NCBI GenBank assembly: GCA_964016885.1
Contig: OZ024740.1
Location: 229,524,001-229,588,000 of the forward strand
Source of the DNA: Eledone cirrhosa
Lineage: Eukaryota
Reading direction: 5' to 3'
DNA length: 64,000 nt
Position 1 is the stretch's first letter, and the number at the start of each line of letters is the position of its first letter. Under the pieces are notes generated by a model. The model made no database searches. It was not told the DNA's origin and saw only the letters and a list, made by a program, of their open reading frames with translations. The position numbers and the translations under genes are program-made. Below, piece after piece: positions 1-14,699 of this stretch.

Positions 1-575
1 CAACGGAACAAACAGCTCGTGAAATTAACGTATAAGTGATTGAAAATTTCACCAACATGTGTACTCTTAACGAAAGTCTCAGGGAGATTCGTTGTGTCAT
101 AATGAGTGATAAGGCTGACACTTTAAATTACAGATATCTAAACTTAATGAAAGTCCTAGGGATATTCAACATGGCACAGTATGTGACAAGGCTGACATTT
201 TGAATTACAGGTACTGTCCGTCCGCCAGGCACCCAAGTGACTGAGCATTCCACAGACACATATACTGTTAATGTAATTCTCAGGGAGATTCAGCACGGAA
301 CAGTATGTAACAAGGTTGACACTGAATTACAGTTACAGTCCATCCAATAGGCATCCACGTAGATGACCATTCCATAGGTTCATATACTGTGAGTGTAATT
401 CTCAGGGAGATTCAGTGTGCCACAGTGTGTGACAAAGCTGAAACTGAATTACAGTTACAGTCCATCCAATAGGCACCCACGTAGATGACAATTCCACAGA
501 TACATGTACTGTGAGTGTAATTCTCAGGGAGATTCAGTGTGCGACAGTGTGTGACAAGGTTGACACTGAATTACA
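1..575 (+). repeat. Degenerate tandem array (~120-bp unit) of a dispersed repeat segment
   Basis: ctcagggagattc...gtgacaaggctgacactgaattacag recurs at ~78, 155, 278, 401, 523; related sequence at ~700-790, ~975-1085 (minus) and ~29330-29470. Confidence 0.75.
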
Positions 576-1292
576 GATTCAACTCCTTTTTGCCGCCTAT
601 TCAGTGGACTAACGTTTTCGCTATGTGTGTCTGTGTTAAACCACTGTCAGTTGCCGTGACGAAGGTTCAAGTTGCTAGATCCACAGATCACCCTGCTCAA
701 GAAATCAACACGCAAATGACTGAGCATTTTATAGGCACGTGTACGCTTAACATAATTCTCAAGAAGATTTAACGTGATACACTCTTACAAAGGTGGGCCT
801 TGATAGTAAGCTCGTGTGTTCCATTCCCGGCGACGCAATGTGCTATTGAGCAAGACGTGCTTTAGTAACAATCGTAAGGTCATATGTTCAATTCCCGACG
901 GTGCGTTGTGTTCTTGAACAAGACACTATATTTCATTCTACTCCAATAGACTCACACATGAAAAAATTACGATACACATTTCTTTGGAATGCTCAGTGAC
1001 TTGTACGTTAATTTCACGAGCAGGCAGTCCCGTTGATGGACCAACTAACACACTCGTCGTTGAAACCGACGGAGTCCAACGACAACGTAATAGGATTTTA
1101 AATAATAGAAAAAAAGCAAGATAGAATTTGAAGGTATGTATCATTGGGATTTGGGAATTGTTTGCCAAGGAACTATATATAAAAACCTCTTGATGGAGCC
1201 ACCGTAGAAGTACCACCTTGATACACGACGTGTCTGGAGTAATTTAAACGAGAATAAGGGGAAGAAAAATCAGTGCTCGTACATGACTGACA

Positions 1293-1491
1293 CGAGAGTC
1301 GGCTAAAAAGTTCATAGGCTGACAAAGATACTCCCATGGAATGGCTAAATGAGGTTTATTTTTCAACATAGTCCCTGGAAAGAAACAATGCAGTTATTAA
1401 TAAGAAGAGTTGAAATGAATGCATGCAAGATTTCACACCTCTAGCATCGCTCCTTCATAGTCAGCATATGAACATTTATGCCGACTCTCAT
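1293..1491. mobile_element. Mariner/Tc1-type MITE (~200 bp)
   Basis: Imperfect TIRs cgagagtcggctaaaaagttcataggctgac / gtcagcatatgaacatttatgccgactctc; further copies at 34126 and 47210. Confidence 0.7.
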
Positions 1492-1779
1492 GTTTTATTT
1501 AATGAACTTAGCGGAATTTAAGCTAAGAGCTCATTTTTAATTCGCCGTTCTAAACAATCTGCCAATTTACCGCCATTTTAAAATTGTCATTATGAAATCT
1601 TGAGTTATTATTATCTTGTGTTAATACTTTTATTTATCCTCATATTATTTGGTATTGTTTTAAAATATTTTTCTGTCTATTCTGTTGTTATGTATAGTAT
1701 GTGGTTGTTTGATATGTATATGTTTTACAGAGTGGAAGAGAGTGCACAGCACGCGTGCGGGACGTGCGTCTGTGAGAGT

Positions 1780-2312
<533 letters not shown>

Positions 2313-2478
2313 AAATAGGAATATCTGTCTGTTTGTCTGTCTGTCAGATCACGGAAACTCGAGAACCACCCAACCGATTGTTTTCAAACTTTACACATGT
2401 AATACTTATGGTCCTGTGAGTGTTTTGAGCAAAAAGAATTTCAAATTTTCAATGCCCTAGGGGCCGCATTAGGCAATT

Positions 2479-2538
<60 letters not shown>

Positions 2539-2656
2539 TCTTTCCCGTTTTAGATAGATACATAGATATAACTTTGCGCTTTTATAATATCTGTCTGTAT
2601 GCCTGGATGTCTGCATTACGACATTATGATGTAGCTGTGTGTGTGTGTGTGTGTGT

Positions 2657-2732
<76 letters not shown>

Positions 2733-3099
2733 GTGTGTGTGTGCGTGTGTGTGTGTGTAACGTTTTTCGAAATATTTACTTCTGCGTTCACAGATTGATT
2801 TTTTTTAGTTCAGAAGATCCCGTTAAGGGTGAAAGCAGCGATTCTTGCTTAAACTTTAATCTGTTATTTTAATATATATATATAGCAGATATTTAGATCG
2901 AGAAGTCACCCACCGCATAATGCACAGCTGAGGAATTTGAAAAACGTATAATCAACATAGTTCGTAACATCAAGTTCCATAAGAATAGTGCACGGCGGAC
3001 CAAATATCTCAAAAGTTTCAGCTCCACCATCAAAAGCATGGAAAAATGCCAGGATTTACTTGTGCCCTCGGACAAAACTGGTAATGTATACTTGGTTGA

Positions 3100-4850
3100 C
3101 CGTTTTACATACAACGACTGCCTCGCGAAAGAGATTAAGAAAAACTATAGACCACAGGACGGAAAAATTTAGATAATATTAACGCCACAACTAAAAGTAT
3201 ACTGACCGGGCTAGGACTAGAGGATAGGACCGAGGTATATGTACCTAGAAAACCACGGATAATCTATTAAGGACCATATATTAGACTTAAAACTAAACTA
3301 CCGGTTATGTTAATAGCACCCTCCAAATCTGACCTAGGCAGGACCAGCAAGAATATTATAGATAGGATACTACCGTACTTAGAAACAAAACTAAGCTTAG
3401 CCTATGGACCTCCACTAAGGAGGTAATTGACTGGTTCTCGTTAATAGGTGACAAACAACAAGTAAATTTTATTCAGTTAGACATAGATAGCTATACGCGT
3501 CAGTATCTCCGATACTAGTCAATAAGGCCCTCATAAGCGCCATGGCCAGATCTAGCCTCACTAGGGACGAGACCAACCTCATAGTAGCAGCCAGAAAGAC
3601 GCTAATTAGATTCGAAGACAAGTTATGGGAGAGGAGGACAGACCCGACAGTTTCGATATCACCATGGGGTCGAGTGACTCGGCGCAGGTGACCGACCTTG
3701 TGGGGGATATATCTCATCTATAGGCTAACGGAGGAGTTCCCGGTGATCAGAGGTGGAATATACAGAGACGACGCACTTTTCACCTTCCGTTCCATTAACC
3801 ACAGTCAGATGGAGAGTATGAGGAAGCGCATATCGCATTTTTTAAACAACACGGCTTAAACGTGACAATTGACACTAGCACTAAGACGGTCAATTTCCTG
3901 GACGTTACCTTGGAAATGAATACGGGCATCCACAGACAATACCATAAGCCCAACGAAAACCTGCAATATGTGAACAGGCAATCGAATTGAAGCCATAGTT
4001 AAAGGGGTATCCAAACGCGTATCCACCCTGTCGTCGAACGCAGACGTGTTTAAACAACACGCCGAATATTATAATGAGGCACTGCGCAGGGCCGGTTACA
4101 CAGACACCATACTATATACCCCGGACAGAGAAGAGCCAAGTGATGAGGCGTGCAGAAATGCCAATAGCGGAGGCGCCTCCTTAGGTAGAAGAAATGACCC
4201 GGTAGCAGTCTCTAGGAACACAAATAGCAACACAACTAACATTAATGACACAGGACCAACCGGAGATAGGGCAAAGGCACCCATAGGAGCCAGACCACAC
4301 AGTACGCGGAGCATGGGCCTGGAACGCACACTGCATGCTCCCCGGCAACTGGGACCAGGGACAGGACATCGACAATACGACGGAGCACACGCCAAGGAGC
4401 ACGCCCAGCCCGGTTGTAGTGGTGCAGCACCGACAGCAGCATCACATAGACCTAAGGGGAATAGACGTATAGCTGACCACATAGAACGACGTAACTTTAT
4501 AACTGTAGGGCATAACCCCGACACCCATAGCGGGAAAATAGATAGAGACAACATCGGGATGTAATTGGCTTGGGCGGAGCACAGGACAGACATCGGGTCC
4601 AGGACACACCAACACGAATCTAGACACACGAAGGAACAGATCTAAGGCCGTTACTTGTTTAATGCGCCTTACTCCAACATGTACACACCAACGTGCCAGG
4701 AATTTTTTCGAGCGTTGGATGAGTGCTTTCCGCCGACGAACAAGTACCACAAAATCTTCAACCGCCACACGGTGAAGTTTTCCTTCTCCACAGCACCTAA
4801 CATGGCCGACTACATGGCTAAAACTAACGCGGTGAAGATGGCACACAATG
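3100..4850 (+). pseudogene. PLE reverse transcriptase, disrupted by frameshifts and stops
   Basis: GGIYRDD (YRDD 3761-3772), NFLDVTL, YHKPN, YNEALRRAGY, FNAPYS...HKIFNRHTVKFSFSTAPNM. Confidence 0.85.
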
Positions 4851-4965
4851 GCCGAGAACCGCGACGACAGAATGACCGTCTTTCGGAGCGCGGAGAACCA
4901 CCCAGCGACCGGCCCTCAAATGACACCCCGGCCCAGAGGCGACCAGAGCGCCCGCGGAGGGTGGC

Positions 4966-5712
4966 GTGGTCCAACTCCGAGAGGGAAATAGTGGCATGGG
5001 GGAGACAACAGTGTCGGCGGAACAACACCCTGAGAACCTTGAGAGGGCCATAACAGATCGAGGCCCGGACATCGGATGCGTAAGAACTGACAACAGAACT
5101 TGTAACTGCAGAGCGGGCACCCAATGCCTCCTACAGGGAAAATGCTTGATGAAGGACCTAATATACAAGTGTGTGGTTACAACCCAAAACGCGCGTCGCA
5201 CCTACATCGGCGCAACATCCACGACCTTTAAATCGCGGATGTATAATCACACGAATTCCTTTAGGGACCGTAGCAAAAGGCACTCCACTAAGTTAGCGGA
5301 CCTGGTGTGGGACCTGGTGTGGGACCAAGGCACTCCGTACGCCCTGGAATGGAGTATCGTTCGCCATGCGAGGGCATATTCGGCCGGAAGTAGAAAGTGC
5401 CGACTATGCCTACACGAGGCCATGGAGATAGTCAGATTGAAAGATGACGCGGTCAACCTGAAGTCTGAAATTATCATGACCTGCAGACACCAGAGAAGAT
5501 GCACATTTGCAGCATGGAATCCTCCGGTGCGCGGGCCAGGGGCATGGGAACGGGTACGCACAGACCCGAATGGCCCAACGGGATTAGGGCACCTGACGCT
5601 ATGCCTCGATGACATTGTGCGACCCGTGAGGCAAAACATATGTAAACCAGGGGCGCACCTGACCGAGCACACAACATTGGGCAGATACATCGCCTGGGCC
5701 GGGACCGGCTAA
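4966..5712 (+). pseudogene. PLE GIY-YIG endonuclease segment
   Basis: CNCRAGTQC, LIYKC...YIGAT...FKSR...H, CRLCLHE, NLKSE...CRH; out of frame with the upstream RT segment. Confidence 0.88.
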
Positions 5713-7005
5713 CACGTGGCCCACGGCCGCCCGGTCCGATACCCCAAACATATAGAACAGCACATCCCAGCCGGGCGTCCCCTTGAATGTGTATCCCCCG
5801 TCAATCGTGACTATATACTCTCCACATGTTCCACTTGGAACAATGATTATTACTGTCATTATTGTTCTTTTATTGTTCTGTTACTGGTTCTATATTACGG
5901 ACCCAAGTTTGCACCACATACTTCCTGTGTGTAGTATATCACATGGATACACGCACATTCTCCTGTATCCCCCCCCTCGTTTTTTACCTTAACCCTTTTT
6001 TTTCATGCACCTATTTATGAAGTTACATATAGATTTAATGTATTCTAAAATATTGCAAATTTATTTTATTTTATTTTATTTTATTATCCTATTGTGTTTA
6101 TATTTGGGTGTTTTATGTGTGGACCTGTGCGTAGGTATATGTATGTGTGTGTGTGTATGTAGATATATATATATAGATACGTGGGTGTGTATGGGGGTGT
6201 GTATATGGGCATGTGTACGTATATGCATGAGCTTATGAGCGCGTGTGTATGTGCATGTATGTACATGTATGTACGTATGTGGCAGAGTGTGTGTGTATAT
6301 ATATATATATTTGTGTGTGTATGTACGTATAGCTACGTATGAGGATGTGTGTGTATGTGGGTGCGTATGTGTATATATATATATATATGTGTGTGTGGGT
6401 GCGGGTGTATGCATATGTGGCTTCTATATATGTATATGTGTATTTGTGTATACATGTATATGTTTATGTACATCTCACAATGTATACGGATGATCATATA
6501 TGGATTATACATACATTTTATTACTATTATTTTTATTATTTTATCATATATCCATTGTATATATCCGTATATGTATGTATGAATGTGTGTACATGTGTAT
6601 ATATAGATATATATAGATATATTATATTGTATACTGTATTGATATTTTATGTTATGTTATTTTACCGTTATTTTATGGTATATTGTGTTTTTTTATTATA
6701 TAATGTATTTTTAATTTACGGTTTTGTTTATATATGTATATGTGGAAACATGTGTGTTTAAGCAAATATGTATATGTGCAGGTATCTGCATGTGGCAGTC
6801 CGTGTGCGTATGTATATGTAGATGTATATATGTCTGCATGGATATATGTATGTATATGTGTGGGTGTGCGTATGCATGTAGGGATTTTTGTATATATATA
6901 CTATATATATATATGGCGCGACTTAAGCTGGCGTGTGGCGGTCTGTATCTAGAAGGGGTGGGTCTGTGAAGTGCCTGGGTCTGTGGAAGTGAGGGAAAGT
7001 GTGTT

Positions 7006-7085
<80 letters not shown>

Positions 7086-7406
7086 TGAGTGGGGGGGGTG
7101 TCTACGCATATATGCGTACATATGTGTATGCACGCATGTGTCTGTGTCTGTCTGTGTGTGTATATGTGTGTGTGTGTATTTGTATGTGTGGGTGCATGCT
7201 CTGGAGTGTGAACAGACGTGTGAGATACCGAACCCAGCATGACTCCATTGAAGTGTGTCGGACGGAAAATGGCTGATGACACATGTAGCAGTAAATAGTG
7301 ACCAGAACTTAGATGCCAATGGCATGACAAGAGTGGAAGAGGTTTTTTTGAGGGTGTTATTTGATGATAACACCCCAGTGATAAAATTTGGTCCGAACGA
7401 ACTACC

Positions 7407-7497
7407 CGTGTCTGAAGAAACCTGCAGCCGTAGAATCAGCCAGATCCATACAGGGACCATATCACGAGCTACCTGCCGGCGAAACAATTGCAACACG
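7407..7497 (+). ncRNA. Degenerate type I hammerhead motif at the PLE 3' end
   Basis: cgtgt-CTGAAGA-long stem II-GAAACAATTG-CA-acacg; triplet GCA rather than GUH. Confidence 0.55.
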
Positions 7498-7625
7498 CAA
7501 TAAATTGAGTCCAGATGCATCACTGATTTTTCGTTTTCTTTCTACTATCTACATTCTTCTCTGAATATTGAGTGCTAATTTTGGCATACCGCCTATGGAA
7601 GCACCATAGCTACCATTATACACAA

Positions 7626-7663
<38 letters not shown>

Positions 7664-7940
7664 TATATATTCGTGTACAGATATTTTTGCATACACAATA
7701 ACAAAATATAAACAAACGTATTTATTTCACGAGGTTCGATAAGCATAAATATATATCAAATATATAAGAACCGTAGAGCAAATCCCGAGCAACGCCGAGC
7801 CATTCTGCATTAGGCGATTTGGCGGTCTCTCTCTTTAATTCTTAGTCTTTCTCTTTTTAGATAGATACATAGATATAACGTTGCGCCCTTATAGTATCTG
7901 TCTGTATGCCTGGCTGTCTGCATTACGACATTATGACGTG

Positions 7941-7996
<56 letters not shown>

Positions 7997-8814
7997 TGTG
8001 TGTATATATATAGTGTGTAACGTTTTTCGAAATATTTACTTCTGCGTTCACAGATTGATTTTTTTTTAGTTTCAGAAGATCCCGTTAAGGGTGAAAGCAA
8101 CGATTCTTTGCTTAAACTTTAATATGTTATTTTAAAATATATATATATATATAATTATATATCGTGTACAGATATTTTTGCATACACAATAACAAAATAT
8201 AAACAAACGTATTTATTTCACGAGGCTCGATAAGGATAAATATATATCAAATATATAAGAACCGTAGAGCAAATCCCGAGCAACGCCGGGCCATTCTGCT
8301 AGTATATATATAAAGAGAGAGAGAGGGGGATAGCGTGATAAATAGATATATTTCTTTATTTACCATAAAGGCATAAAAAGAAGGGACAAATACAAAGGGG
8401 AGTTTACATATAATCGAGTAAAAAGGGTGTAACATGAAAATAATCGAAAATAACCTCAAAGGGAGGGGACGTGATGGGGGTTGCACACACCCCCGAAAAA
8501 GTGTGCAATCCTTGCCCGGGGAGCACATGGAGAAGGTGCTCCCCTCTCCTTTACTTCTTTACCTACAGGATGGTATACAGAGAAGGCCCATTTACACGAG
8601 GCATTCTCGCCACTATCACCCACCTTTCATAAAACTGCCTGTGGCCAAGCACCTCTCTCTCCATTCTTATCCTTCTTCCGAAGTGATATCGGAAGAAGTA
8701 GGCCAGACTATGGCCAGAGAGGAAGTAATAGATAGATAGTTAGATGTGAAGATAGCTAGGTTGCTACCTATCTAGTTATCTAACATGGTAGATAGATAAA
8801 CAAATAATACACGT

Positions 8815-9000
8815 GGAATTGGCGTATGGGTAGAAGGTCGGGGCGCCATGCATTGCAGTATGGAGTTACGGTCCTTTACGGTGTGTGTTCAAATCCACTT
8901 AGGTTAACTTTGCCTTCCATCCTTACGGGGTCGATAAAATAAAGTACCAGTAATGCACTGGGGTAATTGCTGGCCTTGTGCCAAAAGTAGAATCAATATA
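8815..9000 (+). mobile_element. tRNA-derived SINE (family S1, Deu/Nin-like core)
   Basis: B-box-like gttcaaatcc, core tgccttccatccttacggggtcgataaaataaagtacc, tail ggccttgtgccaaaagtagaa. Confidence 0.85.
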
Positions 9001-9009
9001 TTATATATT

Positions 9010-9122
9010 ATAAAGAGTCGGGACCCGACGGCTGAGCTCGTGCCGTTTCTACAGCTAGTTCCAGACTAGACAAGTACTCTGTTGAGTAATGGTCTAGCCA
9101 GTTTCAAACCGGTTCTATCCTG

Positions 9123-9125
<3 letters not shown>
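9010..9125 (-). mobile_element. Fragment of TA-embedded hairpin element family P1
   Basis: gacccgacggctgagctc shared with copies at 17478, 17966, 22189, 46228. Confidence 0.65.
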
Positions 9126-9196
<71 letters not shown>

Positions 9197-9259
9197 GTAT
9201 GTATGTATATATATCTGTTTCGACACACGATTTCATATAAAAAACCTCGCAAAACTATA

Positions 9260-9324
<65 letters not shown>

Positions 9325-9333
9325 ATATGTATA

Positions 9334-9397
<64 letters not shown>

Positions 9398-9398
9398 G

Positions 9399-9434
<36 letters not shown>

Positions 9435-9460
9435 TATACATGTATATATGTATATATATG

Positions 9461-9516
<56 letters not shown>

Positions 9517-9595
9517 ATATGTATATATATGTATATATATATATATATATATATAGATGTATGTATATATATAGATGTATGTATATATATGTATA

Positions 9596-9657
<62 letters not shown>

Positions 9658-9671
9658 GAAAGAGAGAGAGA

Positions 9672-9871
9672 NNNNNNNNNNNNNNNNNNNNNNNNNNNNN
9701 NNNNNNNNNNNNNNNNNNNNNNNNNNNNNNNNNNNNNNNNNNNNNNNNNNNNNNNNNNNNNNNNNNNNNNNNNNNNNNNNNNNNNNNNNNNNNNNNNNNN
9801 NNNNNNNNNNNNNNNNNNNNNNNNNNNNNNNNNNNNNNNNNNNNNNNNNNNNNNNNNNNNNNNNNNNNNNN
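9672..9871. other. Assembly gap (200 N)
   Basis: N run between (TA)n/(AG)n and (GAA)n. Confidence 1.
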
Positions 9872-10074
9872 GAAGAAGAAGAAGAAGATGAAGAAGAAGA
9901 AGATGAAGAAGAAGAAGAAGAAGAAGAAGAAGATGAAGAAGATGAAGAAGAAGAAGAAGAAGAAGAAGAAGAAGAAGAAGAAGAAGAAGAAGAAGAAGAA
10001 GAGGAGGAAGAAGAAGAAGAAGAAGAAGAAGAAGAAGAAGAAGAAGAAGAAGAAGAAGAAGAAGAAGAAGAAGA

Positions 10075-10106
<32 letters not shown>

Positions 10107-10373
10107 AGAAGATGAAGAAGAAGAAGAAGAAGAAGAAGAAGAAGAAGAAGAAGAAGAAGAAGAAGAAGAAGAAGAAGAAGAAGAAGATGAAGAAGAAGAA
10201 GAAGAAGAAGAAGAAGATGAAGAAGAAGAAGAAGAAGAAGAAGAAGAAGAAGAAGAAGAAGAAGAAGAAGATGAAGAAGAAGAAGAAGAAGAAGAAGAAG
10301 AAGAAGAAGAAGAAGAAGAAGAAGAAGAAGAAGAAGATGAAGAAGAAGAAGAAGAAGAAGAAGATGAAGAGAA

Positions 10374-10408
<35 letters not shown>

Positions 10409-10415
10409 AGACGAC
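9872..10415. repeat. (GAA)n tract, ~540 bp
   Basis: Direct reading. Confidence 0.98.
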
Positions 10416-10529
10416 GACAAGATAAATAACTGGATAAATAAATAAGTAAATAAACAATAAACAAAAATGAAATAAAATGAATAAATAATTAGGTTAAATA
10501 AAAATAAGAAATACATGAAAACAAAACAA

Positions 10530-10925
10530 AATAATTGTTTCTACGTTAGGCACAAGGTCAGCAAATACCCAGTGCATTACTGGTACTTTATTTTATCGAC
10601 CCTCTAAGGATGAAAGGCAAAGTTAACCTCGGCGGGATTGAACTCAGATTGGCAAGGGCCGTAACTCTATGCTGGAAAGCATGGCGTCCGACCCTCTACC
10701 AATACTGCCAATCCACCTTCTACTATTGGCACAAGACCAGCAATTTTGGGGAAGAGAATGTCGATTAAATTGACCCCAGTACATTACTGGAACTTTATTT
10801 TATCGACCTCGTAAGAATAAAAGGCAAAGTTAACCTCGGTGGGATTTGAACTCAGACCTTAAAGGGGCGTAACTCTATGCCACTAAGCTTGGTGCCCGAA
10901 GCTCTACCGATATTGCCAATCCCCC
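10530..10925 (-). mobile_element. Two head-to-tail S1 SINEs
   Basis: Two reverse-complement copies of the S1 consensus. Confidence 0.85.
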
Positions 10926-11025
10926 CAGCCCTACACCACCACACTCATTACATCATTACTCCTACCCTCCCACCGCCATCACCAATACACCACCACCACT
11001 TCCAACATAACCACTACCAGTGCTA

Positions 11026-11475
11026 CAACAACCACCACCACCGCCGGTACCTTCATCACCACCACCACCACCACCGCCGCCACTACACATTGCCATCACC
11101 GCTACACCACTACCACCACCACTACACCAACAACACCCCTACACCAATACCCACAACACCACCGCTACACCAACACCACCACCACTACTACAACAACCAC
11201 CACCACCGCCGGTACCTTCATCACCACCGCCACCACCGCCGCCACTACACATTGCCATCACCGCTACACCACTACCACCACCACTACACCAACAACACCC
11301 CTACACCAATACCCACAACACCACCGCTACACCAACACCACCACCACTACTACAACAACCACCACCACCACCACCGCCACTACACATTGCCATCACCGCT
11401 ACACCACTACCACCACCACTACACCAACAACACCCCTACACCAATACCCACAACAGCACCGCTACACCACCACCA
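11026..11475. repeat. CAC-rich tandem repeat, about three ~130-165-bp units
   Basis: ccactacacattgccatcaccgctacaccactac...cccctacaccaatacccacaac occurs three times. Confidence 0.9.
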
Positions 11476-11549
11476 ATAACAACAACAACAAACGTTAAAT
11501 AAATATCACGAGAACAGTTGAGAAAATCAATTGCTGCATCATTTGCTAC

Positions 11550-14500
11550 ATAGTCACGTGTTCATTTTCACTATGTTGTTGTTGTTGTTGTTACTGTGTC
11601 ACGTGATGTCTACACTGCATCTATGTTGTTGTTGTTGTTGTTGTTTTTGTTGTTACTGAGTCACGTGGTGTCTACACTGTATCTATGTTGTTGTTGTTGT
11701 TGTTTTTGCTGTTACTGAGTCACGTGGTATCTACACTGTATCTATGTTGTTGTTGTTGTTGTTGTTGTTACTGAGTCACGTGATGTCTACACTGTATCTC
11801 TGTTGTTGTCGTTGTTGTCACTGGGTCACGTGATGTCTACACTGTATCTATGTTGTTGTTGTTACTGTGTCACGTGATGTCTACACTGTATCTATGGTGT
11901 TGTTGTTGTTGTTACTGTGTCACGTGGTGTCTACACTGTATCTATGTTGTTGTTGTTGTTGTTACTGTGTCACGTGGTGTCTACACTGTATCTATGTTGT
12001 TGTTGTTGTTGTTACTGTGTCACGTGGTGTCTACACTGTATCTATGTTGTTATTATTGTTGTTACTGTGTCACGTGGTGTCTACACTGTATCTATGTTGT
12101 TGTTGTTGTTACTGTGTCACGTGATGTCTACACTGTAACTATGGTGTTGTTGTTGTTGTTACTGAGTCACGTGGTGTCTACACTGTATCTATGTTGTTGT
12201 TGTTGTTACTGTGTCACGTGATGTCTACACTGTATCTCTGTTGTTGTTGTTGTTGTTGTTACTGAGTCACGTGGTGTCTACACTGTATCTATGGTGTTGT
12301 TGTTGTTGTTACTGTGTCACGTGGTGTCTACACTGTATCTATGTTGTTACTGTGTCACGTGATGTCTACACTGTAACTATGGTGTTGTTGTTGTTGTTAC
12401 TGAGTCACGTGGTGTCTACACTGTATCTATGTTGTTGTTGTTGTTACTGTGTCACGTGATGTCTACACTGTATCTCTGTTGTTGTTGTTGTTGTTGTTGT
12501 TACTGAGTCACGTGGTGTCTACACTGTATCTATGTTGTTGTTGTTGTTGTTACTGTGTCACGTGGTGTCTACACTGTATCTATGGTGTTGTTGTTGTTAC
12601 TGTGTCACGTGGTGTCTTCACTGTAACTATGGTGTTGTTGTTGTTACTGTGTCATGTGACGTCTCTACATTCTATCTGTGCTGTTGTCGTTGTTGTTGTC
12701 ACTGGGTCACGTGATGTCTACACTGTATCCATGTTGTTGTTGTCACCGTGTCACGTGATGTCTACACTGTATCTATGTCGTTACTGTGTCACGTGATGTC
12801 TACACTGTATCCATGTTGTTGTTGTCACTGTGTCACGTGATGTCTACGCTGTATCTATGTTGTTGTTGTCACTGTGTCACGTGATGTCTACGCTGTATCC
12901 ATGTTGTTGTTGTCACCGTGTCACGTGATGTCTACACTGTATCTATGTCGTTACTGTGTCACGTGATGTCTACACTGTATCCATGTTGTTGTTGTCACTG
13001 TGTCACGTGATGTCTACGCTGTATCTATGTTGTTGTTGTTGTCACTGTGTCACGTGATGTCTACGCTGTATCCATGTTGTTGTTGTCACCGTGTCACGTG
13101 ATGTCTACGCTGTATCTATGTTGTTGTTGTTGTCACTGTGTCACGTGATGTCTACGCTGTATCCATGTTGTTGTTGTTGTCACTGTGTCACGTGATGTCT
13201 ACGCTGTATCCATGTTGTTGTTGTTGTCACTGTGTCACGTGATGTCTACGCTGTATCCATGTTGTTGTTGTTGTCACTGTGTCACGTGATGTCTACGCTG
13301 TATCTATGTTGTTGTTGTTGTCACTGTGTCACGTGATGTCTACGCTGTATCGATGGTGTTGTTGTTGTCACTGTGTCACGTGATGTCTACGCTGTATCCA
13401 TGTTGTTGTTGTCACTGTGTCACGTGATGTCTACGCTGTATCTATGTTGTTGTTGTTGTCACTGTGTCACGTGATGTCTACGCTGTATCTATGTTGTTGT
13501 TGTTGTCACTGTGTCACGTGATGTCTACGCTGTATCTATGTTGTTGTTGTTGTCACTGTGTCACGTGATGTCTACGCTGTATCCATGTTGTTGTTGTTGT
13601 CACTGTGTCACGTGATGTCTACGCTGTATCTATGTTGTTGTTGTTGTCACTGTGTCACGTGATGTCTACGCTGTATCTATGTTGTTGTTGTTGTCACTGT
13701 GTCACGTGATGTCTACGCTGTATCTATGTTGTTGTTGTTGTCACTGTGTCACGTGATGTCTACGCTGTATCTATGTTGTTGTTGTTGTCACTGTGTCACG
13801 TGATGTCTACGCTGTATCCATGTTGTTGTTGTTGTCACTGTGTCACGTGATGTCTACGCTGTATCTATGTTGTTGTTGTTGTCACTGTGTCACGTGATGT
13901 CTACGCTGTATCCATGTTGTTGTTGTTGTTGTCACTGTGTCACGTGATGTCTACGCTGTATCCATGTTGTTGTTTTTGTCACTGTGTCACGTGATGTCTA
14001 CGCTGTATCCATGTTGTTGTTGTCACTGTGTCACGTGATGTCTACGCTGTATCCATGTTGTTGTTGTTGTCACTGTGTCACGTGATGTCTACGCTGTATC
14101 CATGTTGTTGTTGTTGTCACTGTGTCACGTGATGTCTACGCTGTATCCATGTTGTTGTTGTTGTCACTGTGTCACGTGATGTCTACGCTGTATCTATGTG
14201 GTTGTTGTTGTCACTGTGTCACGTGATGTCTACGCTGTATCTATGTGGTTGTGTTATGTGATATCCCTACATTCTATCTATGCAGTTGTTGTTGTTGTGT
14301 TTGTTACCGCCTCACGTGTTGTTTTCTCTGTATCCCGTGATGTCTACACTATCTATGTTGTGGTTGTTACCGTGTCACGTGATGTCTACACTGTATCTAT
14401 GTTGTGGTTGTTACCGTGTCACGCGATTTCTCTACACTGTCTGTGTTGTCCTTGTTGTTACAATGTCACGTGATGTCTCTACATTCTATCCATGCTGCTG

Positions 14501-14624
14501 CTGCTGCTGTTGTTGCTGTTGCTACTGTGTCACGTGATGGTCTCCAAGCCGTATCTATAATGTTATTATTGTTGCTGTTGTTGCTGTTACTATGTCACGG
14601 GATGACTCTACGCCGTATCTATGC

Positions 14625-14699
<75 letters not shown>

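Larger units (their letters stand above)
2885..7626 (+). mobile_element. Penelope-like element (C-terminal GIY-YIG), degenerate, probably Hydra clade
   Basis: RT remnants, CxCx5C linker, GIY-YIG domain, low-complexity 3' UTR, terminal hammerhead-like motif and AATAAA; flanked by TA repeats. Confidence 0.85.

Noticed and set aside
10877-11502. His-rich and Pro-rich ORFs (200 and 160 aa)
   Set aside because: Derived from a CAC tandem repeat; the longer one starts inside an antisense SINE; no exon evidence
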